Positions 37,097 to 46,591 of a stretch of 64,000 nucleotides of DNA are shown one piece after another (the first letter of the stretch is position 1; each line of letters opens with the position of its first letter). Below the pieces are notes generated by a model. That model was given only the letters and a program-made list of their open reading frames with translations, made no database searches and was not told where the DNA came from. The translations under genes and the position numbers were made by a program. This stretch comes from Muribaculaceae bacterium (lineage in GTDB: Bacteria > Bacteroidota > Bacteroidia > Bacteroidales > Muribaculaceae), in the NCBI GenBank assembly GCA_022484565.1, contig JAKVKZ010000004.1, positions 18,021 to 82,020 of the forward strand, written 5' to 3'.

Positions 37097-37789
37097 TTAT
37101 CTGTATTTTGGCATTAAGGGGGCTGTGATTTTCTTTATTACGCCAAGCACAATTGGTTCCATCACCTTGTAGCCTTTAATGTTTGGATGACAACCATCTA
37201 CAGTGAGTTCAGGCCGCATTTCTCCACGCTTTCCGACCATAGCCGAATAGTAATCCACGTAAGGAATTCCTTTCTTTTCGGCATATTTCTTTATCATGGC
37301 ATTGAGCCTTAAAATTTTAGCAGCAGGCTTTATATCTGGATTCCACGGAAAGGAGTCGCACGGAGTGACCGAGCATAGCACTACTTTAATGCTGTGCAGT
37401 TCAGCGAGTTCGCACATCGACTGGATGTTGCCAAGCACATTTTCAAGCTTTATCGGTCCGTTGTTCTCAGCAATATCGTTGATGCCGGCCATTATCACTA
37501 CTGCCTTAGGATTCAGACTTAGCACGTCCTGACGGAAACGGGCCAGCATCTGCACAGTTGTTTGACCGGATATTCCACGGTCGGCCAAATGATTCTCGGC
37601 GAAAAACGCTGAATCACGTTCAATCCAGAAATCCGTTATGGAATTGCCGAACATCACGGCTTCAGGCCTCTCCGTCAATTCCTTGTTTCCATTTTCATAT
37701 CGTCCGAACTGTGCCCAATCCGCACCTTCAGCCGTGTCAAAAAACATCCAGCTCATCACAAACAGTACTATTATAAATATTTTCTTCAT
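37097..37789 (-). CDS. SGNH/GDSL-family hydrolase (secreted)
   Basis: Signal peptide. Block I is MFGNSITDFW, and the protein also has ..ADRGISGQTT.., ..MAGINDI.. and C-terminal DGCHPN. Confidence 0.75.
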   Translation of the reverse strand: MKKIFIIVLFVMSWMFFDTAEGADWAQFGRYENGNKELTERPEAVMFGNSITDFWIERDSAFFAENHLADRGISGQTTVQMLARFRQDVLSLNPKAVVIMAGINDIAENNGPIKLENVLGNIQSMCELAELHSIKVVLCSVTPCDSFPWNPDIKPAAKILRLNAMIKKYAEKKGIPYVDYYSAMVGKRGEMRPELTVDGCHPNIKGYKVMEPIVLGVIKKITAPLMPKYR

Positions 37790-37819
37790 TTTCGGGGTAC
37801 ATTTAGCTTAGTTAACGCA

Positions 37820-39649
37820 TCATTTCGGGTCAATCCAATCACCGTTGGCCTTAATTAAAGAGATTAAATGCGGGATTGCCTCGTCAGCCGAAATGTTCCG
37901 TTCCACGCATATCTTGTTCTTGTAAAGGCTTACCTTGCCAGCTGCTGCGCCTACATAGCCGTAATCGGCATCCGCCATTTCGCCTGGGCCGTTCACAATG
38001 CAACCCATTATGCCAATCTTCAGATGTGTGAGGTGGGACGTGGCAATTTTCACCTGATGCACTGTGGCTTGCAGGTCAAAAAGGGTTCGCCCGCAACTTG
38101 GGCAGGAAATGAATTCCGTCTTACTCATTCGCAGACGCGCTGCCTGAAGTATGCCAAACTCATAACGCACCACATCATCAATATTGGAAAGATTAGGTGC
38201 TTCAAGCCATATACCGTCACGGAATCCGTTGAGCAGCAATGTGCCGAAATCAGCTCCGGCTTTCACTTCTATCCATTCCTTATCGCTGTCGGCATAATTG
38301 TTCAAAATCACTGTCGGAACGCTGATTCCGGCATCAATCAAGCCATGCAGAAAGGCCTGCTGACTGCCTGTGACATTCACATTCGCTGCCTCAACTACAA
38401 TTACAGTGGTTTTGTCGTCTTTAAGAAATTCGAGTTGCGAAATTGGCGTATCGGCAGGAACTTTAAGCCACTTCAACGGTGCATTGCAAGCCGATAAGTC
38501 GGCTGATTCCGACATACTGAACAATGGCGATGTGTTCTTTCTGCCTTTATATTGCTCGGAAGGAACAATGAAATTAAATCCATCTTCCTCAACTTTTCCG
38601 TCAGCGCAAAAATAGAAATCGGGGTGCAAACCGCCTTTAATATCACTTGGTGCACACGATGCGATTATTATCGGCAATTTATTTCCACCTATCATGCCTA
38701 CGGCTTCAGTTGAACGCCGTTCTGGCTGAACTGGATTATAACCTTTACTTACTTTGCCTCTTATCGGTTTGTGACCTGCGCGACTTGTGATGTATTCAAC
38801 AAGTTTGCGTGCCACAGGCAATTCCACTTCAGGCTCTTCGCTGAGCGAAACTCTGATGGTGTCGCCAATTCCATCCGCAAGCAGAGTACCGATTCCAACA
38901 GCCGATTTTATGCGTCCGTCCTCGCCGTCGCCAGCCTCAGTAACGCCAAGATGCAGCGGGAAATGCATGTTTTCATCGTCCATAGCCTTAATCAGCCTTC
39001 GGACCGACTCCACCATCACCACAGTGTTCGACGCTTTCATTGAAATCACCACATCCATGAACTTTTCCTCAACGAACACGCGCAGAAACTCCATAACCGA
39101 TTCCACCATGCCGACAGGGGTGTTGCCATATCGGCTCATGATGCGGTCGCTGAGCGAACCATGATTCACTCCAAGCCGCACCGCAGTGCCATGTTCACGG
39201 CAAACGGCTATGAAAGGCACAAGTGCATCGTGGATTTTTTGCAGTTCCTTGGCATATTCCTCATCGGTATAGGTCAATTTTTTGAACGTACGCGCCACAT
39301 CAACGAAGTTTCCAGGGTTGATTCGCACTTTATCGGTGACTTTTGCCGCTGCAAAGGCTGCTTTTGGATTGAAATGTATGTCAGCCACAAGCGGTGCAGT
39401 GTAGCCGTCGGCACGAAGTCTTTGGCGGATAACGCCTATACTTTCAGCCTCCTTCACGCCCTGCGCGGTGAGCCTTACATAATCAGCGCCAGCATCGCAA
39501 ATACGTTTGCATTGTGCCACACTTGCCTCAATGTCGTCGGTCGATGTGGAAGTCATCGACTGCACCCTTATCGGGTAGTCGCTTCCGAGCGGCACTCCGC
39601 CGATATTAACCGATGTCGTCGTACGTCGCTGATAATTAAATTCATCCAT
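37820..39649 (-). CDS. ispG: 4-hydroxy-3-methylbut-2-en-1-yl diphosphate synthase IspG (long Bacteroidetes form)
   Basis: MDEFNYQRRTTTSVNIGGVPLGSDYPIRVQSMT.., ..RINPGN.. and the C-terminal CPSCGRT ... GCIVNGPGE Fe-S motifs. Start is at ATG 39649. Confidence 0.9.
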   Translation of the reverse strand: MDEFNYQRRTTTSVNIGGVPLGSDYPIRVQSMTSTSTDDIEASVAQCKRICDAGADYVRLTAQGVKEAESIGVIRQRLRADGYTAPLVADIHFNPKAAFAAAKVTDKVRINPGNFVDVARTFKKLTYTDEEYAKELQKIHDALVPFIAVCREHGTAVRLGVNHGSLSDRIMSRYGNTPVGMVESVMEFLRVFVEEKFMDVVISMKASNTVVMVESVRRLIKAMDDENMHFPLHLGVTEAGDGEDGRIKSAVGIGTLLADGIGDTIRVSLSEEPEVELPVARKLVEYITSRAGHKPIRGKVSKGYNPVQPERRSTEAVGMIGGNKLPIIIASCAPSDIKGGLHPDFYFCADGKVEEDGFNFIVPSEQYKGRKNTSPLFSMSESADLSACNAPLKWLKVPADTPISQLEFLKDDKTTVIVVEAANVNVTGSQQAFLHGLIDAGISVPTVILNNYADSDKEWIEVKAGADFGTLLLNGFRDGIWLEAPNLSNIDDVVRYEFGILQAARLRMSKTEFISCPSCGRTLFDLQATVHQVKIATSHLTHLKIGIMGCIVNGPGEMADADYGYVGAAAGKVSLYKNKICVERNISADEAIPHLISLIKANGDWIDPK

Positions 39650-39701
39650 GGTCAAAAAAATAGAAATTGCCGACAGCATTCCGTATGCCACCAGCCGATT
39701 T

Positions 39702-40208
39702 TCAGTTTGTCTTGAACTTATATTTCACCTCTTTCAAATCCTCGTTGGCCTTAACGATTTTCTGCACCAGTCCAGCCTTGTAGGTCTCGACCTTTTTCGC
39801 AATTTCCTCGTCGGTGAGCGCAAGAATTTGAGTGGCAAGAATTGCAGCATTGAGAGCGGCGTTGATGCCGACGGTGGCTACAGGTATTCCCGGAGGCATC
39901 TGCACAATGGCAAGCAGAGCATCAATACCCTCAATAGTCGATTTAATCGGCACTCCTATCACAGGCAGCGGCGTCATTGCAGCAATCACGCCAGGCAGAT
40001 GGGCTGCCATGCCGGCTGCAGCTATTATCACCTTCAGCCCACGCTCTTTCGCACCTCTCGCGAATTTCTCCACCTCGGCAGGTGTGCGGTGTGCCGACAG
40101 CGCATTCATTTCGAATGGAATCTCCATTTCATCAAGCAGTTTTGCCGCCTTTTCCAAAATCGGAAGGTCGGACGTGCTGCCCATGATTATGCTTACTAAT
40201 GGTTTCAT
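39702..40208 (-). CDS. purE: 5-(carboxyamino)imidazole ribonucleotide mutase PurE
   Basis: VSIIMGSTSDLPILEKA...LSAHRTP...IIAAAGMAAHLPGVIAAMTPLPVIGVPI. Confidence 0.9.
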   Translation of the reverse strand: MKPLVSIIMGSTSDLPILEKAAKLLDEMEIPFEMNALSAHRTPAEVEKFARGAKERGLKVIIAAAGMAAHLPGVIAAMTPLPVIGVPIKSTIEGIDALLAIVQMPPGIPVATVGINAALNAAILATQILALTDEEIAKKVETYKAGLVQKIVKANEDLKEVKYKFKTN

Positions 40209-40314
40209 TATTATACTGTTAAGAATTTATCATTATATTTATATTTCCCCATGCAAATAAATCTGTCGGTAAAATCCTCCAAGATAGCCATTAATGCATA
40301 AGGATATATTTTCA

Positions 40315-40947
40315 TTACACAAGCCCTGAAACGACATATATACAGACAAAGCCATTTACAAAACCTCCTACAGTCTGCAAAAATGTGTGGCGGCCTAAAG
40401 CTATACGCGATGAACCGACAAATCCGCAGACTATTATCATGATGCATATCAGCCACAAAAGATTGAAAGCGCCCAAACCATCCACATAGAGGCGGACCAT
40501 GAAAGCCAAAAGGCCTCCCACTCCGGCTGTATGCGCACTGATTTTCCACCAGAAGTTGATTACAAACGACACAACGCATGAAGCCACACCGCCAATTATA
40601 AAAATTGTAAGCCACATCGGAGCATGCACATGGTTCAAATAAAAGCCGGCAGCTGAGTAGCACACTATGGTGAACAGATACGGCAACCAGCGTTCTTCTT
40701 TCTTAATCAACCGCTTGTCCTCGATGAATTTAAGATTGTGCATCCCTGCTATCACAATCATCGGCAACATGCAAGTTATTCCGAAAACCACTATCAGCAC
40801 CGTCAAACGTGTGCCCACAGGCTGATAACACAACACTGAAGCCCACAAAGCTATCAATATGCCATAAGTCGGCATCAACAGCGGACTCATCACTGACGAG
40901 AAAAATCTCGCCACTGCACAGACTATTTTATTGTCACTCATTTCCAT
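40315..40947 (-). CDS. Integral membrane protein, degenerate PAP2-like phosphatase fold
   Basis: Six predicted TM helices. ISAHTAG and SRIALGRHTF resemble PAP2 motifs C2/C3 (SGH; SRxxxxxH). Confidence 0.45.
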   Translation of the reverse strand: MEMSDNKIVCAVARFFSSVMSPLLMPTYGILIALWASVLCYQPVGTRLTVLIVVFGITCMLPMIVIAGMHNLKFIEDKRLIKKEERWLPYLFTIVCYSAAGFYLNHVHAPMWLTIFIIGGVASCVVSFVINFWWKISAHTAGVGGLLAFMVRLYVDGLGAFNLLWLICIMIIVCGFVGSSRIALGRHTFLQTVGGFVNGFVCIYVVSGLV

Positions 40948-40950
40948 CGT

Positions 40951-42405
40951 CTATATCTCTTTACGGAGCCTTGCCACCGGAATGCCAAGTTTCTCCCTGT
41001 ATTTTGCCACCGTGCGGCGAGCTATCTCATAACCTTTGTCCTTCAGCAGTGCGCATAGCTGTTCGTCGCTCAACGGCTTATGCTTGTTTTCCGCCTCAAC
41101 CACCTTTTTCAGTATCGACTGAATTTCGCGCGACGACACCTCATCGCCCGACTCATGCTGAATGCCCTCGTTGAAGAAATATTTCAGCGGATACACGCCC
41201 CATTGTGTTGTGACGTATTTATTGGCTGTGGCGCGTGAAATTACCGACACATCGTAGCCGGTGTCGTCGGCTATATCTTTAAGAATCATCGGGTGCAACT
41301 TAGTGTCGTCGCCGGTGATGAAAAATTCATGCTGGCGGAAAGTTATGGCCCGCATAGTCTTGAAAAGCGTCTCCTGACGCTGATGAAGAACTTTAATGAA
41401 GTTCGACGCCCGTTCATACTTATCTTTTATGTCGGTAGCAGCTTCTTCCTCTTTGCGTCCAGCAGGCTTTTTAGCAGTAAACTTGTCGTAGAGCATTGAG
41501 TAGCTTTCAGCTATCTGCAATTCAGGAATATTATTGAGGAGCGTCAGATTCAAGTTTCTGCCATCGATATCCACATTAAAGTCAGGAATAATCTGTTGCG
41601 AATGGGAATCGTCGGCTACGCCAGTAACGGCACTCCCAGGCTTTGGATTCAACGACCTGATGGCATCAAACACCTTCTTCAACTGTTCATCATCAATGCC
41701 TAAAGCTGATGTGATTTTGTCGTAATGCTTTTTGGAAAATTCCTCAAAATGCTCATCAATCACCTTATAGGCAAGCATATTTGTGGTGGTGCCTTCCGCA
41801 CGTTCAAGTTGAAGCAGAAGGCAGTCGCGCAAATCGCTGGCACCCACGCCTGCAGGGTCAAGATCGCGCACAGCCTGAAGCACCGTATCCACCTCTTCCT
41901 CCGGCACATCATGGCCAGTCTGGAACACGATGTCATCAGTAATTGCCGACAGGCTGCGATGCAAATATCCGTTATTGTCAAGGTTGCCGATAATGTACTC
42001 GGCAATCATGTTCTGGTCATCGGTCAAATCGCGTTCATGGATTTGTTCCATCAAATAATCAACAAGCGAATTTTCGGCAATCACCACGGCATTGGGGATT
42101 TCATCGTCGGCACTGCTGTTGTTGGCCGATGTGCGGTAATACGGAATATCGTCATCATCGCCGTAATCCGCTTTCTGCACGTCCTCGGCAGTCTCGGTAA
42201 AGGTCTCGCCTTCCTCATCCTTGTCCACCTGTTCAGTTGGAGGTGTTTCCGATTCCTCAAGTGCAGGATTGTCGTCCATTTCCCGACGCACCTTCTCCTC
42301 AATCTCTGTGCCGTTCATCTGCAATAGAGGCACAAGTTGCAGTTGCAGCGGCGACAGCCGTTGCTGCAATTTCTGTTCCTGTGTCAATATCTGTTTTCCT
42401 GCCAT
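40951..42405 (-). CDS. rpoN: RNA polymerase sigma-54 factor RpoN
   Basis: 484 aa. The Gln/Leu-rich N-terminus is QEQKLQQRLSPLQLQLVPLLQM, followed by an acidic region and the C-terminal RpoN box ARRTVAKYRE. Confidence 0.9.
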   Translation of the reverse strand: MAGKQILTQEQKLQQRLSPLQLQLVPLLQMNGTEIEEKVRREMDDNPALEESETPPTEQVDKDEEGETFTETAEDVQKADYGDDDDIPYYRTSANNSSADDEIPNAVVIAENSLVDYLMEQIHERDLTDDQNMIAEYIIGNLDNNGYLHRSLSAITDDIVFQTGHDVPEEEVDTVLQAVRDLDPAGVGASDLRDCLLLQLERAEGTTTNMLAYKVIDEHFEEFSKKHYDKITSALGIDDEQLKKVFDAIRSLNPKPGSAVTGVADDSHSQQIIPDFNVDIDGRNLNLTLLNNIPELQIAESYSMLYDKFTAKKPAGRKEEEAATDIKDKYERASNFIKVLHQRQETLFKTMRAITFRQHEFFITGDDTKLHPMILKDIADDTGYDVSVISRATANKYVTTQWGVYPLKYFFNEGIQHESGDEVSSREIQSILKKVVEAENKHKPLSDEQLCALLKDKGYEIARRTVAKYREKLGIPVARLRKEI

Positions 42406-42881
42406 AGCCCGTATTCAGATTATTTCATTTATGCGAAGATACAAAAATCATAAATAATAATGTGCACTTTATCCTAAAATTCGTCATTGATGATTTTTTC
42501 AACCCATTCTCCTTGATTTTTATCCCCCGTAATTCAATTCAAAAAGGTGAATTTTCCAGCCACCTATGCAATTTTATTGCAGAACTGGGTTTGAACACTT
42601 TTCACGTCCGTAACGCATTGACCGAGATATATGTTGCAAGGGTGTTCACGGTAAAGAGTTTCACACACAATTACAAGGTTTTCGCCTAAAAAAGTCGCTC
42701 ATTCGTTAAGCAGTGAAATTCAATTTAAGCTAATAACCGATTCAATGCAATCAGCATTTCAAAGAACTCATTGCAATGATAATTAATCCGGCTTCGGATT
42801 TATCAAGGAAAAAGAAAAATATTGACTGATTCTTCTATAGCAGGATTTTCCAAGCGCTCAGCGCTGAAAAATCTTGTTTTT

Positions 42882-42900
42882 TTACCAATTAATTTGGTAA
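42882..42900. promoter_or_regulatory. Palindromic candidate operator TTACCAA-N5-TTGGTAA upstream of the S24/XRE repressor gene
   Basis: Perfect 7-bp arms at 42882-42888 and 42894-42900. A third TGGTAA half-site lies at 42914-42919. The ATG is at 42946. Confidence 0.4.
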
Positions 42901-42945
42901 ATAACCAAATAAATGGTAACTTGCAGCCGAAAAAATTTCACCGTT

Positions 42946-43623
42946 ATGACCACAGAAAACATAATCAGCCGGATTCGTTACCTAATCCACGAACAAAAAT
43001 GCACGCAGACGGAATTTGCCGACCGCATCGACTGCGACCCGTCGAACCTGTCGAAATACCTGAAAGGCAGACTTCCAGTGAACGATTCCCTGCTCAATAA
43101 AATAGTGATTAATCTCGGAGTGTCGAAGGCATGGCTGAAGGACGGCACCGATGTGCCATATTCCAAGCATCCCGACCATACGCCTTCAGTGGTTGTAGGC
43201 GAAAATGCACTAACCACCGTGAAGGGCACACCGATTTACGACATTGACGTGACTGCTGGTGATCTTCCACGCGCACAGATGTTTACCGACGAGCACATAA
43301 TAGGTGCCGTCAACATTCCGGGCATACCACTCGACAGCCGGATTGTAAGAGTAAGCGGCGACAGCATGCAGCCGGTAATCGGCAATGGCGACTTCATTGT
43401 GGTGCATGAACTGCCCAACATATCACAGATAGCGTGGGGACAAATCTATGTGGTGATTCTCGACGATTACCGCCTTGTGAAGTATGTCCGCAAGCACAAC
43501 GATGCTCAAAAGGTAATATTGAGAAGTCAAAACCCAAATTACGACGACATAATAGTACGCCGCCACGACATTAAGGAAATGATGATTGTGCAAAACATTC
43601 TGCACATATCTTCGTGCATTTAG
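42946..43623 (+). CDS. XRE-family HTH plus S24 peptidase repressor (LexA/CI-like)
   Basis: The N-terminal HTH is IRYLIHEQKCTQTEFADRIDCDPSNLSKYLKG. The C-terminal S24 region has VSGDSMQP (Ser nucleophile) and downstream ..VKYVRK.. (Lys). Confidence 0.75.
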   Translation: MTTENIISRIRYLIHEQKCTQTEFADRIDCDPSNLSKYLKGRLPVNDSLLNKIVINLGVSKAWLKDGTDVPYSKHPDHTPSVVVGENALTTVKGTPIYDIDVTAGDLPRAQMFTDEHIIGAVNIPGIPLDSRIVRVSGDSMQPVIGNGDFIVVHELPNISQIAWGQIYVVILDDYRLVKYVRKHNDAQKVILRSQNPNYDDIIVRRHDIKEMMIVQNILHISSCI

Positions 43624-43638
43624 CAGTGCCGCAAGGTA

Positions 43639-44661
43639 CTAAAGCATAGCTATAAGCTCATTAATCTGTTCGTCGGTAGTGGCCCAACTTGTAGCAAAAC
43701 GCACCACGCTGCGGGTTTCGTCGAACTTTTCCCAAAGTTTGAATCCTGCACGCGGCAGCATCTCCTTCACTTTGCTGTTCTCAAGCACAACGAACTGCTG
43801 ATTCGTCATAGAGTCGCAAAACAGCTCATAGCCCTTATCAAGCAACGCCTGTTTGAGCCTCAACGCCTGATTCACGGCATTCGCCGAAATGCGCATATAA
43901 AGGTCGTCGGTGAAAAGAGTGTCGAACTGCACACCCAAGAGCCAGCCCTTGGCGAGCAATGCGCCATGATGCTTCACCAGACGAAGTGTGACATTAAGAT
44001 TAGGATTTGCAAACACGACAGCCTCGCCAAAAAGCGCGCCCACCTTTGTTCCGCCAATGTAGAACACATCCACAAGCCTTGCAATGTCGGCAAGTGTCAC
44101 GTCGTAGCCTGGCGAAGCCAATCCATAGCCGAGCCGCGCACCGTCCATGTAAAGCGGAAGGTGACGCTCATGGCAAACCTTACTGATTGCCGTCAGTTCA
44201 CTTAGGCTGTATAGTGTGCCGTATTCAGTAGGATTTGAAATGTACACCATCGTAGGCAGCACCATGTGCTCATAACTTCCGTCGGCAAAGAATTTGTCGA
44301 CGTAGTCGGCAATGTCCTCGGCAGTCATCTTACTCAATTCGCTGCGTATTTCAATCACTTTATGGCCCCAACCCTCAATCGCTCCGGCTTCATGAGTATT
44401 GATATGACCAGTCCTTGGGGTAAGCACGCCTTCGCCACGATGCATTATGGCATCGGAAACGAGAGCGTTGGTCTGTGTGCCTCCAACAAGATAAACCACC
44501 TGCGCCTCAGGGCAATTGCACGCCTTCCTGATTTTTTCAGTGGCACTTTCGCAATATGGGTCAAGCCCATATCCTTCGTTTTTATCAAAATTTATTTCGG
44601 AAAGCCGCTTTAAAATCAACGGATGAGCGCCTTCCATGTAATCGCTGTCGAAATGTAGCAT
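43639..44661 (-). CDS. Threonine aldolase / beta-eliminating-lyase family PLP enzyme
   Basis: MLHFDSDYMEGAHPLILKRLSE...GYGLDPYC...YLVGGTQTN... matches the low-specificity threonine aldolase family pattern. Confidence 0.65.
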   Translation of the reverse strand: MLHFDSDYMEGAHPLILKRLSEINFDKNEGYGLDPYCESATEKIRKACNCPEAQVVYLVGGTQTNALVSDAIMHRGEGVLTPRTGHINTHEAGAIEGWGHKVIEIRSELSKMTAEDIADYVDKFFADGSYEHMVLPTMVYISNPTEYGTLYSLSELTAISKVCHERHLPLYMDGARLGYGLASPGYDVTLADIARLVDVFYIGGTKVGALFGEAVVFANPNLNVTLRLVKHHGALLAKGWLLGVQFDTLFTDDLYMRISANAVNQALRLKQALLDKGYELFCDSMTNQQFVVLENSKVKEMLPRAGFKLWEKFDETRSVVRFATSWATTDEQINELIAML

Positions 44662-44703
44662 ATTCTCAATATAATTGATTGCAATATTTATCTAATAATT
44701 CTC

Positions 44704-45729
44704 TCATTCACGCGTATAGGCCACCATGTCGCGGGTTATCCCGCTCAGACTGTGGGCACCGCACATTGCCATGGTGTCCTCAAGTTCAAAGGCCAACTTA
44801 TTGATATAGCAGTCCACGCCAGCTTCCGCAGCCCCGAAAGCGGCAACTGCAAACGGACGGCAAATCAGCACGCCATCGGCACCAAGAGCCAAAGCCTTGA
44901 AAACATCGATGCCTGAACGTATTCCACCGTCAACAAGCACTGCAATGCGGCCGTTGACTGCTTTCGCAATGTCCTCAAGCACGTCGGCTGTTGATTGGCA
45001 TTGGTCGAGAACACGCCCACCATGATTCGACACCACAATTGCCGAAGCACCAGCCTCCACAGCCTTTTCAGCGCCTTTCACAGTCATGATTCCTTTAAGA
45101 ATCATCGGCTTGCCGATTTCATTTATTATTGAACGCAACTCCTCAACGGTTTTGCTTCCTGCTGGAGGCTGCGAATTTTTCAAAAACGGCAGACCGGCTG
45201 CATCAATATCCATCGCCACAGCAAACGAGCCTGAACGCTTCACAAATTCAGCTTTCTTACGGATTGTGCCGATATCCCACGGCTTTATGGTTGGGATTCC
45301 GATACCGCCGTTTTTAGCGATGGCCTGAGTGGCATAATCCATCACTGCCGGCAGCACCCCATCGCCCGTGAATGCGGCTATGCCTGCCTTTGCACAAGCC
45401 GACACCATAATGTCGTTGTACTGCATATCATCGTAACGGTCGCCGAAATGTATGTTCACAGCTCCAATCGGAGCTGCAAAAATGGGATATTTGAATCTTT
45501 TTCCAAGAAAGTCCAACGACATGTCCACAGGACGATTTTCGCAGATGGTGTCCATGCAGACGCACAATTTCTGCCAAGCCTTATAATTGCGCACGGCAAG
45601 TTCTCCACGCCCCTTCGAGCCAGGTCCGGGAATCATATTCCCGCATGCCCTGCCGTCGCACACTGGACACGCCTTGCACAGCCGCCCCAGATGCTTTCGG
45701 GCCTCAACAATCACTTCTTCGTACGTCAT
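44704..45729 (-). CDS. FMN-dependent alpha-hydroxy-acid-oxidising-family enzyme with an N-terminal Cys cluster
   Basis: VVSNHGGRVLD and ..VLVDGGIRSGIDVFKALALGADGV.. are family hallmarks. The N-terminus has CKACPVCDGRAC. Confidence 0.65.
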   Translation of the reverse strand: MTYEEVIVEARKHLGRLCKACPVCDGRACGNMIPGPGSKGRGELAVRNYKAWQKLCVCMDTICENRPVDMSLDFLGKRFKYPIFAAPIGAVNIHFGDRYDDMQYNDIMVSACAKAGIAAFTGDGVLPAVMDYATQAIAKNGGIGIPTIKPWDIGTIRKKAEFVKRSGSFAVAMDIDAAGLPFLKNSQPPAGSKTVEELRSIINEIGKPMILKGIMTVKGAEKAVEAGASAIVVSNHGGRVLDQCQSTADVLEDIAKAVNGRIAVLVDGGIRSGIDVFKALALGADGVLICRPFAVAAFGAAEAGVDCYINKLAFELEDTMAMCGAHSLSGITRDMVAYTRE

Positions 45730-45820
45730 TTATGCCGATGGTTTTATTTTTGCTGCGAATATAATAATTATTGGCATAAAAATTATGCAGCAAACGAAAA
45801 AATACTGATGGAAAATCTGC

Positions 45821-46591
45821 TTAGAACTGCTTTGGCTTTTTGAAATAATGCTTCATGCTTATCATGTAGCGGAAAAGCATCAAGAAATAATTCGACCCTA
45901 TCTTATTGTCGCGCAAAGCGCGAAGTTTCTCGAAAGTATTGGTGAAAAGCACATTCCACAGCGATGTGCTCAGCCCGCCACGGCGCATGGCCACCATGTC
46001 AATCGGAATGTACTGTGCCTTGGTTTTCTGATTCCAAAGCACCCTCACAAAAAATTCAAAGTCGCCGGCAATGCTGTAGCTGTCGTTGTAAAGCCCGTAT
46101 TTATCAAACACCGAACGGCGGCAATACATTGAAGGGTGCGGCGGCGCGAAGCCGTAACGCAACCTGCGGCGTGTGAAATTTTCAGCTGAATAATAGCGCA
46201 CCGGCTTGTAAATGTCGCGCTTGCTGATGAAATGCACATCGCCATACACCATATCAGTTTCAGGGTCGTCAAAAGCCTTGACAACTTCGCTAAGTATATT
46301 GTTCTGGGTGAAGAAATCATCGGAATGGAGTATGCCTATCACATCGCCTTCCGACATGCGTATGCCTTTATTGATGGCATCGTAAACGCCATTGTCGGGT
46401 TCGCTCACATAATGCAACCGTCCCTTGAAGCGCTTCGACCAATGCTCCAGAATCTCCACAGTGTTGTCGCTGCTGCCTCCGTCAATCACGATATATTCCA
46501 AATCCTTATAAAGCTGTCGGTAAACGCTTTCAATGGCACGCGAAATGACATCAGCCCTATTAAATGATACTGTAATAATCGTAAGTTTCAT
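45821..46591 (-). CDS. Family 2 glycosyltransferase
   Basis: MKLTIITVSFNRADVISRAIESVYRQLYKDLEYIVIDGGSSDNT...HSDD is a GT2 N-terminal signature. Confidence 0.8.
   Translation of the reverse strand: MKLTIITVSFNRADVISRAIESVYRQLYKDLEYIVIDGGSSDNTVEILEHWSKRFKGRLHYVSEPDNGVYDAINKGIRMSEGDVIGILHSDDFFTQNNILSEVVKAFDDPETDMVYGDVHFISKRDIYKPVRYYSAENFTRRRLRYGFAPPHPSMYCRRSVFDKYGLYNDSYSIAGDFEFFVRVLWNQKTKAQYIPIDMVAMRRGGLSTSLWNVLFTNTFEKLRALRDNKIGSNYFLMLFRYMISMKHYFKKPKQF

Noticed and set aside
40211-40663. 150-aa ORF overlapping the PAP2-like membrane protein gene in another frame.
   Set aside because: The translation is Cys/Arg-rich. The alternative frame (40315-40947) gives six clean TM helices and abuts rpoN with a 3-nt gap.
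42462-42689. 75-aa ORF in the rpoN / repressor intergenic region.
   Set aside because: It has no recognisable motif, odd composition and no promoter-like box in front. The region is treated as non-coding and unexplained.
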